NCBI GenBank assembly: GCA_013265495.1
Contig: MU057521.1
Coordinates: 310,001 to 374,000, forward strand
Direction of reading: 5' to 3'
Length of the DNA stretch: 64,000 nucleotides
From: Vicugna vicugna
Lineage: Eukaryota
Part shown: positions 1-13,349 of the stretch, in pieces
How positions within the stretch are numbered: the stretch's first letter is position 1
Layout: each line of letters opens with the position of its first letter
Notes under the pieces: model-generated
What the model was told of the DNA's origin: nothing
What the model saw: only the letters and a program-made list of their open reading frames with translations
The model's database searches: none
Program-made: the position numbers and the translations under genes

Positions 1-191
1 CTTTCACATAACTTTTATTGCAGTATATTGTTATACTTATTATTCCTATTGTTGTTAGTCTCTTATTGTGCCTAATTTATAAATTAAACTGTATCATAGG
101 TATATACGTATAGGCAAAAACATAATATAGGGCTCAGAACATCCACTAGGGGCCCTGGAATGTATCCCCCTGTGGACAAGGGGGATTACTG
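1..191 (+). mobile_element. MER44/Tigger7-type (TcMar-Tigger) DNA transposon, 3' part
   Basis: Ends ...ggaatgtatccccctgtggacaagggggattactg followed by TA, resembling the MER44 terminal inverted repeat and TA target. Confidence 0.75.
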
Positions 192-199
192 TATAGATA

Positions 200-600
200 A
201 CATAATGAAAAATTTTATCAGAGAGCTGGAATTAATAAAAAGAATCAAAAGAAATTCTACAATTGAAAACCACGATAGCCTAAGGGAAGAATTAATAGTT
301 GGGTTTGACAACAGATTAGAAAAACCAGAAGAGAGAATTGGCAAACTTAAAGATAATTCAGTAGAACATATGAATAAAACATAGAAAAAATGATAAGATA
401 TAAAGAAAAAAGTAAAAAAGAAAGTAAAATAAAAAGAAAATAGCAAAAATGGTACAAAATCTGTTGTAATTAGAGTCAGCAAAAAAGAAGGAAAAAGAAT
501 GGAGCAGAAGCCATATTAGAAGAGAGAATGACTAGGAAATTTTTGACACCAATAAAAGAAATCACAGTGCTAAGAAGCTCTATGTATGGAATCATATAAA
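200..600 (+). mobile_element. Decayed L1 ORF1-region fragment
   Basis: A-rich; motifs such as aacagattaga...gaagagagaattggcaaacttaaagata and gaatggagcagaagccatattagaagagagaatgact. Confidence 0.6.
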
Positions 601-609
601 ACACCAGAA

Positions 610-830
610 CTAATACATTCTGTCAGAAATCGAGATGATGATTGCTTTAGGAGAATAGAAACTGGAACAGAACATAGTGGAGTCTTGTGGTTTAGGCAAT
701 TTTTTTTTTCTTGATCAGGGTACCTGATCTAGGTACAAAGATGTATTTGGTACATGAAAATTCACTGTGCTGCACATTGAAGATATGTGCACTTTCTCTA
801 TGTATTTTACAGTTCAAATAAAGTTTAAAG
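610..830 (+). mobile_element. Old L1 (L1MC/ME-like) 3' end
   Basis: gaaaattcactgtgctgcacattgaagatatgtgcact...ttacagttcaaataaag, typical of L1M 3' termini. Confidence 0.65.
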
Positions 831-959
831 AATGTATATTAATAATGTTAATATCAACAATAATAAGGCTATACAAATTCCCAACTAGGATTAACACAAT
901 GAAAACCACCCTGGGGCACAACACAGTAAAATTTTTGAAAACAAAACCCAACCATACGC

Positions 960-1400
960 TGCTTACAGGACAGACATCTTTAATAAAAGGGCAAAAAAAG
1001 ATTGATTGTAGAAGAGTTAAAAAGGATAATTCAGACAACCCTCATCAAAAGAAAGCTTATATAACTATACTGATATAATACAAAGTAGACATTGATGCAT
1101 AAAGCATTACTAGATACAAAGAGAGACATTTCATGATGATAAAAGGAATCAATCCACTAAGAAGATATAACAATTCAAAATTTGTATGCAATACAAAAGG
1201 TAGCTTCAACTTATGGAAAGAGATATTTTCACAATCTCTTTTTATGGCTGATAAAATAAGCAGACCAAAAAGTAAGTTAGACTACAGAAAATCTGAACAA
1301 TGCGATTACAAACTCAAGCCAAATGTCAATTTTGACATATGTAAAACAAGACAGCATATATTATTTTCAAGTACTCACAGAATATTTACCAAAATTGACC
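960..1400 (+). mobile_element. L1 ORF2 endonuclease-domain remnant
   Basis: ORF 1133-1564 contains MIKGI and FSSTHRIFTKIDL, resembling L1 ORF2p EN motifs (FFSxxHxTFSKIDH); frame otherwise broken. Confidence 0.7.
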
Positions 1401-2099
1401 TGGTCAGATTTTTACCTAGTCATTTTACAAATGAGGAAGCTGAACTAATCATCTCTGAGAGCAAGAGAAATGGAACAAAGACTGTAATGACAGTGACAGG
1501 GCTTTTATCGGAACATACATCTGGACTCTGGTCCTCAGTACTTCAGCCTCCTCAATTAAAATAAGTGAGACCAGAAGTATATTCTAATAAATGCTTTGCA
1601 ACTGATCTGCTGGCTTCCTACATACGAAGCAGCTGTTATGGAGATTGTGCCATAAACATAGAGGAAAAAACTCTAGGAAGTGTCATTTTCTTTTCTAACT
1701 ACTAGTAGAATGGTGTCACATTACAGGCAAATTCAGTGCCATAAATGCATTGAGAGGAGCTTTCAATTTATATTGGACAACATGATCAGGGTAATGATGA
1801 CTCCAAAATAGCTTATAACAAATGACTGTAATTCATTCTTGCTTGACTATATATCACCAGGTATATGTATATGTGTACGAATCTCCTAAACCTTAAACCT
1901 CAAGCTACTATGACAGTAACTAGGAGGTCTACAGACAATTCTGCTGAGTATTTATTGGGCAGGAGTACTACTCTGCCCTGAATTTCTTTACAAATAGGAA
2001 CAGACAGAACAAACAGTATGCATTTTTGGTAAGTGCTCTATATACAAAATATTAACATTAGTAACAGCTGAGAATAATTTTGAATCTTCTATGCAATTA

Positions 2100-2270
2100 G
2101 GGTATCAGCTACCATTTATTTGACACTCACTATCTTGCCAGGCACCGTGCTGGACAGTTAACATACGTTATATTTAATCTTCACAAGAACATTTCAAAGT
2201 CAGTATATTCTCCCTTTTTAACTGATGGAGAACCTAGAACTCTGAGGGTTTTAAGTAATTTGCCCAATAT
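2100..2270 (-). mobile_element. MIR SINE
   Basis: ccatttatt...tgccaggcaccgtgct...tttaatcttcacaagaac...ttttaactgatggagaacctaga, MIR core. Confidence 0.7.
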
Positions 2271-2699
2271 CAACATATCATGTCTATCTTCAGTGTTTAC
2301 CCTCAGGCTATTTCTACACTGCAATCTGATACAGAAAAGTAATTATTCCAGGGGACACTACTGTGAAAGTAAAGGATGTAGAATACAGAAAGGTAACAGC
2401 AGACAATACAGAACCCGGATATTGATAAGAGAAAAGTCAAACAAAACCAGAACAGACATGGCTCTGAGAGGAATCTAATACTAGTTAGAGAAACACAGCC
2501 TTCATTATTGACAGTTTGGACTGAATGCATGTGTGTGTGTGTGCTGGGGGCGATTAGGGGTGGGGATGATGTGTATATGTTTGTGAGAAAGATTGTGCAT
2601 TTTTTAAAAAAAAGTAACTGCTAACTAAACTATATTTTGTTTCTTTCATAGTATGTTTCAGTCATTTTCAATTCATCTTTTTATTAATCAATCTCCCTC

Positions 2700-2878
2700 A
2701 GTCAGGGATTCTCAGAGTCACTGGCAGGCTTGTTATGCATGAATTCCTGGGTCTTACCCCCAGAGTTTCTAATCCAATATGTCTGGGTGATATTCAGCTT
2801 TTTTTTAATTTACAATAATTTTCAAGATGATGTTGACACAGCTGGTCCAAGGACCACACTTTCAGAACCAGTGCTAGA
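2700..2878. mobile_element. MER5A-like hAT-Charlie MITE
   Basis: cccccagagtttctaatcca...gatgatgttgacacagctggtccaaggaccacactttcagaaccagtg. Confidence 0.7.
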
Positions 2879-2944
2879 GATACTGCTATAGGATAAATTG
2901 AAATTTTCAAATAGAGATAAACCAGTGGTAAAGCAAGTGGCTAA

Positions 2945-3170
2945 TAAAAATAAGATCTAATATTTACGGAGCAATTCCTCTTTTTAAGCATTATGCTGAA
3001 TGCTTCACATCGATGACATCATTTAATCTCCACAACAATCCTTTATGGTAGACACTATTGGTCTTCCATTTTGAAGAAATAGATGTTGAAAAAAGTTAGG
3101 AAGCTAACCCAAAACCACACTGCTAGAACCATTTGAAACCAACTAGACTAACTCCAAAGGAAGTCCTAAA
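2945..3170 (-). mobile_element. MIR SINE
   Basis: catcatttaatctccacaacaatcctttatggtagacactatt...ccattttgaagaa. Confidence 0.65.
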
Positions 3171-3330
3171 CTAATGCTTGCCTGGTTCTCAAATATTAGT
3201 GCACAAAAGAGATCATCAAAAGAATGCCATAAAAATTCAAATTCTTGGGTTCCATATTCCAAGATTCTGACTCAACATCTTGATAATGAAGCTCAGGAAT
3301 CTTCACTTCTAACCAGCAACACATTTTTAG

Positions 3331-3379
3331 ACATTGAATTAAACAGTAAAATAGGCTGGTACCAGAGCGGGCAGTCCAG
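3331..3379 (+). other. Candidate 49-nt exon
   Basis: ttctaac branch-like motif 3307-3313, tttttag acceptor, CAG|GTAAGT donor at 3379/3380. Confidence 0.25.
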
Positions 3380-4179
3380 GTAAGTAGCAGACTCCATTTT
3401 ATAATGTAGAATGAAGGCTTATTCTTGTCTTATTATTGTACAGACTCCAGAGAACTTTTTCAACAATGCAATAAACAAAGCTACATTTAGCTTATTGTTT
3501 AACCATCAATGTAACAATTTCATAAAAATTTAAACCGGGCATTATCTGTGGCATCCACATCAGTTCACACTGATTACACACAGCTTCTATGTTGGTCAAT
3601 TGTGTGTTCCAGCTTAGCAGTGATTCCCCAACGCTGAAGTGTATTAGATTCCCATGAGAGTTACACTGGTGTGTGTGCTTTTTGCTTGTTTTAATGAGTT
3701 TTGGAGGATCCAAATCAGTAGGACTGGGGTGAGGTTCAAATGGCTATAGTTGTAAAAACTTTGTAGGTGATTTATTATCATCAGCCAGGTATAGAAACCA
3801 CTGTTCTAGACAAATTCTAATTGTAGAGGGCTGATTTACGAACGGCAAATTGTGCTTTTTGTTCCGCTGTTTCTGAGTGTGTATTCTGCTTCAGTCTTTT
3901 CACTTTGTTGCCTCAAGGAGTCACAGATGGTGGTCCTGTCAGTCATATCAGCACAGCCAAAGAGGAGATGAGAGAGGGGAGAGACGCAGCTGAGAAGCAG
4001 GGGGGATCTCACTCTCCTGACCCCTGATTCTGGTGCTCAGTTGGAAAGGACACAAGTTATTACTTCACTGATTTTCTCAGGCAGTCAAATAATTTCGAGT
4101 AGAAAATCCGCCCAACTGGTTTGTATAAGTAGCAGGGGTAAGAGTGGAAAGACAGTTGTTGGAGCTGAAAAAAGGCCAT

Positions 4180-5200
4180 CCATTCATTCATCTAATATGT
4201 GTTGCACACCTACCAAGTGCTGGACCTTGTTCCCAGCATTGGTGATCCTGTAGGAAACCAGAAGTTCACACCCCTACCCTTGTAGTGGCTTGAATTGATG
4301 AGCTGAGAGAAGTTAGAAATTAAACAGGTAAAAAAGTGAATAACCATGATTCCAGCAGCGATAACCATTGTACAGAAAATAAAATAGAATAATCTGGAAG
4401 TGAGTGACTGGTGATGAGATGGTGCTACTTAAATAAGTTGGTGATGAAGAAATACTGTCGTGAAATGTCATTTGAGCAAAATCTTGTCGGAGCCAGCCGA
4501 CAATCGATCAGGTCCAGAAACCTGTGCTGCAGGACTGAGAAAAGAAAGACAAGACTAAAAGATGGGGTTGAGAGGGTCTCACTCTAAGCCCGCAAGACGC
4601 TAAGCCAAGAATGGACATTGAGTTTATTTTCAGCAGTTAATTTATACAATTTCAACTAGCTATCTTGTGCATTCCTGCACGTAGGCATAGGTATTGTTTT
4701 AGGGCTCATTATCTCGTATATTGTTCTATAGATTAACATTGTTTATAGTACTCATACACTAAAGTCAATGTTCCCGCATATCAAGATCACTAACTAAGAT
4801 AATTATTCAAGTAAACTGAGATCACTTAACTTGTATGCTGATTGTATCTCTCTGTTCTAAGGTCATCAGTGACTTAATAAAGAACACCTGTTCTTCTTCA
4901 AAGGGGTGGCGGGACAGAGATTGTCTTTGCTAGATCAATCTCAGAGCCTGACGCCAGCACTTTGGGATTTTCCGTCCCGTTCTGTGCTCGGCAGTCCTCA
5001 GGTCATGAGTGGCTCCCCGCAAAATCTAAATGATGACAAGTAATTAAACATGTGGAGAAAAAGAATAAGAGGTAGAGGAAAGAATATATACAACATTCCT
5101 GAGACTGGAACAGCCTGGAACATCGAGAAACGAAGGGTGAATGGGTCAAAAAGTAAGGAAAGGCCGGATCATGGAAGGTTCCTGCGACTGACACAGGTCA
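4180..5200 (-). mobile_element. L2 LINE 3' fragment, split by an LTR
   Basis: cattcattca tail, then cacctaccaagtgctgg...catttgagcaaaatct; L2-like sequence resumes after 5027. Confidence 0.65.
4485..5021 (-). mobile_element. Endogenous retrovirus solo LTR (ERV2/betaretrovirus-like), 537 bp
   Basis: TG...CA ends with imperfect inverted termini (tgtcggagcc / ggctccccgca); exact 6-bp TSD aaatct at 4479-4484 and 5022-5027; minus-strand TATAAA 4646-4641 and AATAAA 4628-4623. Confidence 0.85.
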
Positions 5201-5229
5201 CACACATATATGAAGACTTGAAAAAACAT

Positions 5230-6375
5230 AAAGAAAAATAACATTTCTAGATATAGAGACTAAAAACCATAAAGATGAAAACTTTCCTTAAGAAATACCA
5301 AAAATTTCTGTAACCTGATAAAGTGATTCTAAAATTAATATGGAAGTGTAAAGAAGCAAAAAATTAGAAGGATCAATGATAGAGAACTAGCCCTTCTATG
5401 ATTTAAAATATAAAGCCTCAATAATTTGAAAAGTGTGCTACTGGTACATGAATCATTTTTCATCCATCATATTGCGCCATCAGTGGAGCAGGATAAGAAG
5501 TCGGAAAATAGATGCAAATAGACATACAACTTTAGAATATGATAAGGATGGCATTTAAAACCGGTAGGGAACAGATGTATATCAGTGATGGGGCAACTGG
5601 ATAACCATCTGGAAGACAAAATAAAGTGCAATCCATACCTCATCCATAGTCTGGATAAATTATTTTCAAATTTCAAAGATGTATATGCAAAATGGTACAG
5701 TTACTTTAGAAAACAGTTTGGCAGTCTCTTATGAAGATAAGCATACACTTAGCATATGACCCAGTTATTCTATTCCTATTTGCAAGAGACATGAAAACAC
5801 ATGTTCACACAAAAAAATATGGATTTTATATTGGCTTTACTTATATTCACCAGAAACTAAACAACCAAGATGTCCTTCAACTGGTGAATGAATAAGCAAA
5901 ATGTAATGTGGTCATACCATGGGATACTACTCAACAACTGTGGTATATAAGTCCAATAGAATACTATACTACTGTTAAAAATAAATGATAGCTACAAAAT
6001 CAAAATGCATAAATATCACATGTATGTGATAAATAAAAGTATCACATATAATATTGAGCAGAAAGCTAACTGCAGTAGAATACACAAAGTATATAATGTT
6101 CATAAATCTTAAATTGTGACTGTCAACCACAAATATTCTTAAATATATATGCATATGTGTAGAGATCTAAAGAGATGCATTGGCTTGATAAACATCAAGT
6201 TCAGATTGGTGGGTATCAGATGTGAAAGGAAATGAACAGAATTAAACTAGGGTTCCTAGGGAGTTGCAATTCTTTTGGTAACGTTTAAGTTGGGTAAATG
6301 AATGTTTTTTATATTATCCTTTGTATATTTTTACATGTCTGAAATAGTGTAAAAATAAGATTAAAAATAAAAAAA
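5230..6375 (+). mobile_element. Old L1 ORF2 3' part and 3'UTR fragments
   Basis: attctaaaattaatatggaa, aaaacagtttggcagtctc, gcatatgacccagttattc, tgtccttcaactggtgaatgaataagcaaa. Confidence 0.75.
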
Positions 6376-6717
6376 TTATTTTTTGAGAATTTGCCTCACA
6401 AGAATAGTTGCTTAAGGAGATAAATAGGAGAAATAAGCATACCCATAGCATGGTTATACAATGGGGATTAAATTCATTAATAAGTAAAGTGCTCTTAGAG
6501 TTGAATCCAGTACATTCTAAGAGTGCTAATTATACTGACATTGTAAGTGCATGGTACATGTTGCATTATTATTATTATTTTCCTAATTACTATTAAAATG
6601 GGGTTCATATGCACAAAAAGTCTGATCTTAGCAAAAAGCAGATCATGTGTATATTAAGAAATTCTGGTTTTTAAATGATTTATAAGGAAACATGATTAAG
6701 AAAACAACAATAATACG

Positions 6718-6940
6718 CTGTAGCAACTCAGCTATTTGGCTGGCTGGGAACCTAAACCTTCCTCTGGGCAAGAAATTCCCCATGATATGTCAGTCTTGGC
6801 TGAGTCTGTCTCCTTAGAAGTCAAAAATAACCAGAAACTTCCTCTCCCTGCACTTTGGCACTTATACTAGGCATGTGACCCAAGTGCAGTCAATCAGAAG
6901 CTTCCAGTAAGGACTTTGAAACTTGAGTGAATAAAAGAAT
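6718..6940. mobile_element. Old ERVL-class LTR fragment (LTR16/LTR33-like)
   Basis: taggcatgtgacccaagtgcagtcaatcaga...ggactttgaa motif. Confidence 0.4.
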
Positions 6941-7049
6941 ATGGCAGGAAGTAGCAACCCAGCAGGACTGGGGACTGGTACTCAAAAATAAGTAATTAAA
7001 TTCACTAAAAAGGTGACATACTTTACACTAATTTCATAACAAGGTCCTG

Positions 7050-7450
7050 TAACTACTATTATTTATTGATGGATGCATCAGTACTCAAAAATCATCACTT
7101 CTAGGAATTGAAGATTAATTAGATGGATGCCCTACCTTAAAAAATTCAAAGTCTAATTGGAAATCAAGTCATATGAATACAAGAACGGCAGCAGCAGCAA
7201 CCACCATCCCATTATGTCCACTGTAGGAAGAGCTTTCACAGAGGCATACACCAGATTTATATGGAGCTATAAAGAAGAAATTGAATTCACCTGCCTGTAA
7301 GGGATTGGGAAGAAACAGCAATGGCTTCAAGAGAGTACTGGAAATTGGAGCAGGAACTCACTCCATATTGAAAAAAGATAAAGTCATTTCAAGAAGATTA
7401 GAAGCTAAAGCACGTAGCCATGAAAAAAATAGTAACACATTTAAGGAAAT
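7050..7450 (-). mobile_element. L2 fragment
   Basis: atttattga...ctaggaattgaagat...ccctaccttaaaaaattcaaagtcta. Confidence 0.45.
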
Positions 7451-10400
7451 ATGAGTAGATTTTCCCAGCAGCCAACAAAGTATTTTTACATGGAACCTAT
7501 ACAAATGTTGGGTTGATATGTGATTGAGTGAATACATGCATGAATAAAGCTAAGCTTTGGGCAAATCTTTGGTAATAGTGTAAGTCAATAATTTACCACC
7601 TGATTTGTTAGCCCATGATCTTAATGAGTCTAATTCCTAAGATTTTGGGACAGTCTATAACTATTTTTTTAGTTGTCTACAGAATCTCATAATAAATTCT
7701 TACTTATGAGTGTTTTATTGCCAGTGAAAATATAGCCCCATAGTCAAATTTAAAAAAATAATTTTCATAAGTTCAATAGAAAATAAGTAGTTTAAATACC
7801 ACAAATGTTAGATTAACTTATTTAGCACTATCATTTTAAAATCTCAGTAATTATAAATTTAATAATTCACATTATATTATACTAAAAGGTAATTAACACT
7901 ATAAAAAGTGATTTCTATTTGGAGGAACTAAATAAGAAATATTAAAACACAGACATGGTTTTAAAAAATTTTTTTCTTTGACAAATTTAGGTAGGAACAA
8001 ACAGGGGAAAATGCTAGAATTTGCCAAATGCCCTTAAGACTTTTATGTTTTGCTTCATTTATAAAACAAAAATCTTTTAAAAGTGAATGCATCCAAATTT
8101 TTGTAGGAATAATAAAATTAAAACATACCATCTTACATTTATTTTGTAGAGTGTCCTAAATGGACTCAGCCAAGATGGATTAAAAGAGTTATGATCAACT
8201 GTCCCCATGAATATTTTCACAGAGCCAGTCTCCGTAGCACCTCAACTCTGTTGGAACTGCTAGAATGAACTTTGAATATTAGACTGATTCTTAAATTTAA
8301 GCCCAATTACTAAAGCATTCATAATTTCTTATTTTTCTACTATCAGTTATTGTTAAACTTTAGTGAGTGTCTATGTCCCTACTTTAATGTTATTTAACAT
8401 TAATCTACTTTCAGAAGAAAGAACAAATGATGCCTTTTGACTAAATATAGCATACTAGTTTTAAAACACGTATTTATATAATCATCATAATGCAATAAGG
8501 TTAATATTATCTAATTTTACCTAGTAACTTCGTATCAGAATTCCTAGTATTTCCCTTGCAATTGGAGCCTTTCCTTTAGCCTAAAGCATATTCATGTTTT
8601 TTATCACTTCACCTTTTCCATTTCTTAATGTTTTGGACTTAAACTTTACACCCAATCCTATGTCATACTTTGTACATGCGCAATGTCAGGCATCAACTGG
8701 ATTTCCATACTGGCCTGCTCTAATGAGACTCACGGTTCCACAGGGTAGCAGGCAGGCTTGGAGGTTGCTCTGGTCTCAAGGATTGAAGAGTTGATCATTG
8801 AGTTCTTTTTCTCTTTCTCTTTATTTTTTTTCCCCTCTCCCAATAGTGCCCATGTTTATGGGGTTTATGGGTTCTTAAAAAAGCTTTCCTTTGCCCTTAA
8901 ATCCCTTAGAAGCAAACATACTTCTCTCCTGAAATAATTTTTCTCTGCTATCATACTTTATTCCCTCCTTATGCTCTTCACATTTCACAATACACCTGCC
9001 CTTGTTATGCTGAGGGTACTTCTTTCATGTAGTATTTCCAACAAACTGATTGAAAATGCTCTTGCTTGAACCACCTGACATGAAAGATAAGATCATCAAA
9101 CACTGTCATCTCTCCCTTGGCTAGGGAAATTTTTCAATGGCTCATCCTGATTTCATGTCTGAGAATAGTCAGTACCACTACCACCTTGCACGGAACAGAG
9201 ACCCAATCTTTGCTCTTCACATGGGCACTAAACCCACTCTGCCTCAGTTTCCCAGAATGGCAATACCTACCCGCTCTCTAGGGCACCCACAGTAAACTTA
9301 TGCTTATAACTCCGAGTTTTAGATGCCTTTTACGTTTTTGACTCTCAGGTATTGGACTTATGTTGTTTTAAACTCAGCAATGTATTAAGAAGGACCACTG
9401 TGATATCTTATCCAGTATTTTAAGTCTTATTTTACTTTTTTCAAAAGAAATATCAAGTTATTCTAGTCTGACATATTGCCCTACTGTCCACATTCTGGAA
9501 CACATGGTCTTTTCCTATTCTTATGTTAGAGCGAAACACACAGACACACATAAAAGAATTAACGTTGGATGTAGTAGTTCTGGTATTTTTCTGGTCATTT
9601 CAATTATAAAGATTTAAACATAAGCGAAGCTTTGAAATTCGGATTATATATCCTAAAGTTGGTTTTGGTTACAACACTTAGTATTTGTGGCCATTTTTAA
9701 TCTAACAGTTTAAGCTGTGTGAGTAGACTTCTCAGAGCTGGATGGTAGTGCAGCTAATTAAAGTCACAGAGCTAATGCACTGATCCATTCACAGGATGAT
9801 TATTCAAGATTTATGGCTGTCACAGAGCAGCAAAAACATGCTGATTTACTTAAGAAATTTGTAACACATGGAAATGTGAATGATTCAATAGGAGACCATT
9901 ACTGCTATCTTAATTTCTTGCCTCTCTGCAGGGCAGCGCACAAAACCAATCAATGCATATTTTCTCATCTATTTTTTTTTAAAATATCAGCTTTTCAAAT
10001 TCTGGTTAACAATGTGCTCTCCATTTCCTTTTCATTTCTTGAATATGCCATAGAATCATAGAATTTCAAAGGCAAATTGCCATTTATTTTCCAAATTTGA
10101 TCCCTTTAATTATTCTACATAGGATAGTGATATTCAAGATAGAAAAAACCAGGAAGAACTTGTAGTTTAATTGATAGACTGTAACACAGGAATAAGTGTT
10201 ATAGGCGAGAACTTCAATTTGTAAATTACCAGATTGTGCTGGAATGGAAACCCATTACTTGTTCATAAACTAAGTTTCATGTTCTCATAAATCTCTGCTA
10301 AATATAAGTGCAGCAGCGTCTGTGAAACTGTTTTGATCACTAGAGAAAAAATATGACTACATGAATTGCATTCTTAATTTTTGGTGACTGTGAAACATAT

Positions 10401-11394
10401 TAGTGACTTAAAGTTTATCATTTGTATAAACATATTATATTGGGTTAAATGAAATATACATGATCACTTTACATTCCTATCATCTGATAATATGGTGGTT
10501 ATGTGGCAAAGCCTAAGAAGTAATGGAGTTAATGAGGCTAAAGAAGCAAAGGGAGATGGGACTCCTACCCTTGTCCAGTAACCAAGACAAACAACATAGA
10601 AGTTTCACAGAAGCTGAGGATATGGTAATATCTCCTCTTCTGGCATGCATAATTAGTTTTATGACCTGCTGAGTACAAGGGTGGCCCCAAGAGAACCAAA
10701 TGAACTCTCTGAATGTACAGTCAGAGTTGGCCAGGGCAAGGCAAAGAGCTAGCGAAGGAAATGGTGTCCTTTCATCTCCCTAATGTAATGACAGAAATTG
10801 CACTGCTAAATAAAGCCAAGACTGTATACTTTAAGAGTTCTCTACTTGCTGCCTTTGTGATGAACTTGGCTTTCATATCAATTACCATTGCTTGGGCTAC
10901 CAGGCTCAAATGTAATTAAACTTAAATCAAACTTTGATCTTTCAGCATTTAGCACTACTTCCAAGACCTGAATTTCAGCCATTAGCGTTAAACTGCAGTG
11001 TAGTGTTAATTCCTTGTATACTACATGAGTAAAAGGGATCACTATTGAGTTTCTATGTTAATCACTGAGGGCCTATTTGACCCCAGATGAAAGATAGGTA
11101 GCTGTTCCCCAGGGTGAATTTAAAACTGATTTTATAACCCTGCCTGTTTGAACACAGTTCATAGTTCTTTCTGGTTGGTTGCATTTTTTTGGTCTACTCT
11201 TAATGTTAATTTTCATACTGAATCACATGTTGTAGTATTTTGGATGTCTCAGTTTTTTTGACATTAGCCAAGTAGAAATGATGCTTTAGTCATAATATCA
11301 CAAAACTCAAGAATTACGATTGTGGTTTGTTGTGTAGAATTAGTGTTTAAAATGAGTGAGTTCTACACAGGAGGATTACATAAAACATACTCAC

Positions 11395-11441
11395 CTGACT
11401 CTGTAAGGAGTTTCTCAGGGTGGAATTTCAGATTTGTTTGA
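11395..11441 (-). other. Candidate 47-nt exon
   Basis: Minus strand: ccacttctctccacattccag acceptor and consensus CAG|GTGAGT donor. Confidence 0.35.
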
Positions 11442-12239
11442 CTGGAATGTGGAGAGAAGTGGATGACTGACCAGAGTCACAGCAGGTGTGTGTGCACATG
11501 TGCACAGACGCATGTGTCACCGTATGCACGTATGTTGTTTATTTTGGAAATAACACCCCAAGGCAATGAGGGGCCGTTTCAATTAGGTACAATTATGGCT
11601 ATAATTAGGTCAATTAAGGGGTATTACAGGAAAGGAAGAATACTTTTGCATCAATGATTATATCTAACCAAGAAACTGTCAGTCAGAGAAAGCAGTGACC
11701 ATCTAAAGTAAATAAAGTTAATTCAGAAACATGCCCTTTAAGAAGAAAGCAGTAATTTCATATTCTTCATAAAAATATACTCTAAAAACTCGGTGAGCCA
11801 TTTCATCTTCCTCTTATTTGTCTATTTGGTAAACAAATAAGTCAACTTACTATTGATTAGATTATAAAGCCCCAGAATCCTTTGTGATTAATTAATCCAG
11901 TTTGCCATGTAGCCTAGTATTTGCTGCCCAAGCACAGGGATACCAGAAAAGCCACAAAATCTGGGTGCTGAGCTGAATTTACTAAGCTGCAGCTTTTAAG
12001 ATTGCATCACATCATAAAAAGACATCTGGGTATTACTCCCATGCATTAGTCAATTTCTTATGTTTAGAATTACCATTAGACATTCCCGTGTTATTTAGAC
12101 CTTGATAATTTTGCAAAAAAAGAGAGAAAAGCTCTGACAATATATTCTCTCCCTCATGCATGAGAGATTGATAACATTTGAATCAAATTCTTAACAGGAT
12201 TTACAATTCACTGCACCCTCCTCGTCCAGTTCCACATAG

Positions 12240-12520
12240 TGACACTCTTCTTGGCACATAGTAAATGTTCAGCAAGTATTGTTGAATGATTGATTAACTG
12301 CAAGATATATGAAAAGAGCATAGTGTCAAACAGAACTGGCCTCACATTTTTTAGCTATATGACTTTAGACGAGTTATTTAACCTCTCTGGGCTTGAAATT
12401 CATCCTCTATTAATAATACCTACCTGACAGGACTGCTGTGAAAATGAAATAAGACAACATAAATAAAGCGCATAGGAGATTGCCCCCAACATAGCAAGGG
12501 TTCAATAAATATTAATTTCT
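12240..12520 (+). mobile_element. L2 3' tail followed by MIR
   Basis: ggcacatagtaaatgttcagcaagtattgttgaatga, then tgactttagacgagttatttaacctctctgggctt. Confidence 0.65.
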
Positions 12521-12799
12521 TTCATCAGATGTCTTTTCAATGCTGCACAGATTGGTAAGTGAGCAGCTGCATCTCAGCCAGTATGATATTTCTGGGAGGA
12601 TATAATCTAATTTATTTAATTAAAGGTAACTAGGTGTTTTTCAAAAATAGCCACTGTGTAACATTACAATAAAAATGGTATTTGGTATATATGAAAAAAA
12701 TTTACTGAGCCATCCCTAATATGAACTTGCTTGATCCAAAACTGAAGGAAGAAATGAAGAGTACCTAAGACTCGGGTTGTTCTCCATTTTTGGATAAAT

Positions 12800-13330
12800 A
12801 TTGTGTCTAGAGTGGTGTCATGGGAAGCTGTTAGTTAAAAGGAAGAGAACTGACTCGAGCTGGCTGAAGCAAGGAAAGACGGTATCACATGGCACCAGCG
12901 CTGCCTCAGGGAAGACGGCAGGAATCCAGGGGGCCCATCAGATGCCCCAGGCCAATTGGGAATCAGGCCATTCAAACCCTCTGTCTCCCTCTGCTCCTCT
13001 CCTTCTATAGTCATCTCCCACTTTGCAGCCCAGCTTCTCCTCCCCTGACTAACTTGCTCCTTAAACAGGGCTGCTGCAGTTCCAACACTCCATGAATTCC
13101 CTTCCTCAAGTATCTGACAGTCACTGACCAAAGAGGCTGGAAATCCTTTCCAGATTTGGGGAGGAGCACTTTGGCCCAGCGGGACCTCACACAGGCTCCC
13201 TCTGGCCAGCTCATCATCCAGGACCACGTTAAGAAAGGCCCTCAGAAAGCAGTGAAAGAGTGGTAAGGGAGAAAGTCCGAGCATGGAGGGCAAACTTAAA
13301 GTAAATTTCCTGGATCAGTCTAAACACCAC
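12800..13330. mobile_element. Old LTR (probably MaLR) fragment
   Basis: GC-richer block with gagaactgactcgagctggctgaagcaaggaa and ttggcccagcgggacctcac resembling old MLT1 LTRs. Confidence 0.4.
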
Positions 13331-13349
13331 AATAGATATGTCAAACAAC

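Noticed and set aside
143..155. CTCF-like ccactaggggccc in MER44
   Set aside because: One G short of the core spacing and inside a transposon end
1133..1564. 143-aa plus-strand ORF
   Set aside because: Chimera of decayed L1 endonuclease sequence and a MIR core; not a gene
12835..13293. 152-aa ORF and overlapping ORFs
   Set aside because: GC-richer LTR-like repeat gives stop-poor frames on both strands; no recognisable domain
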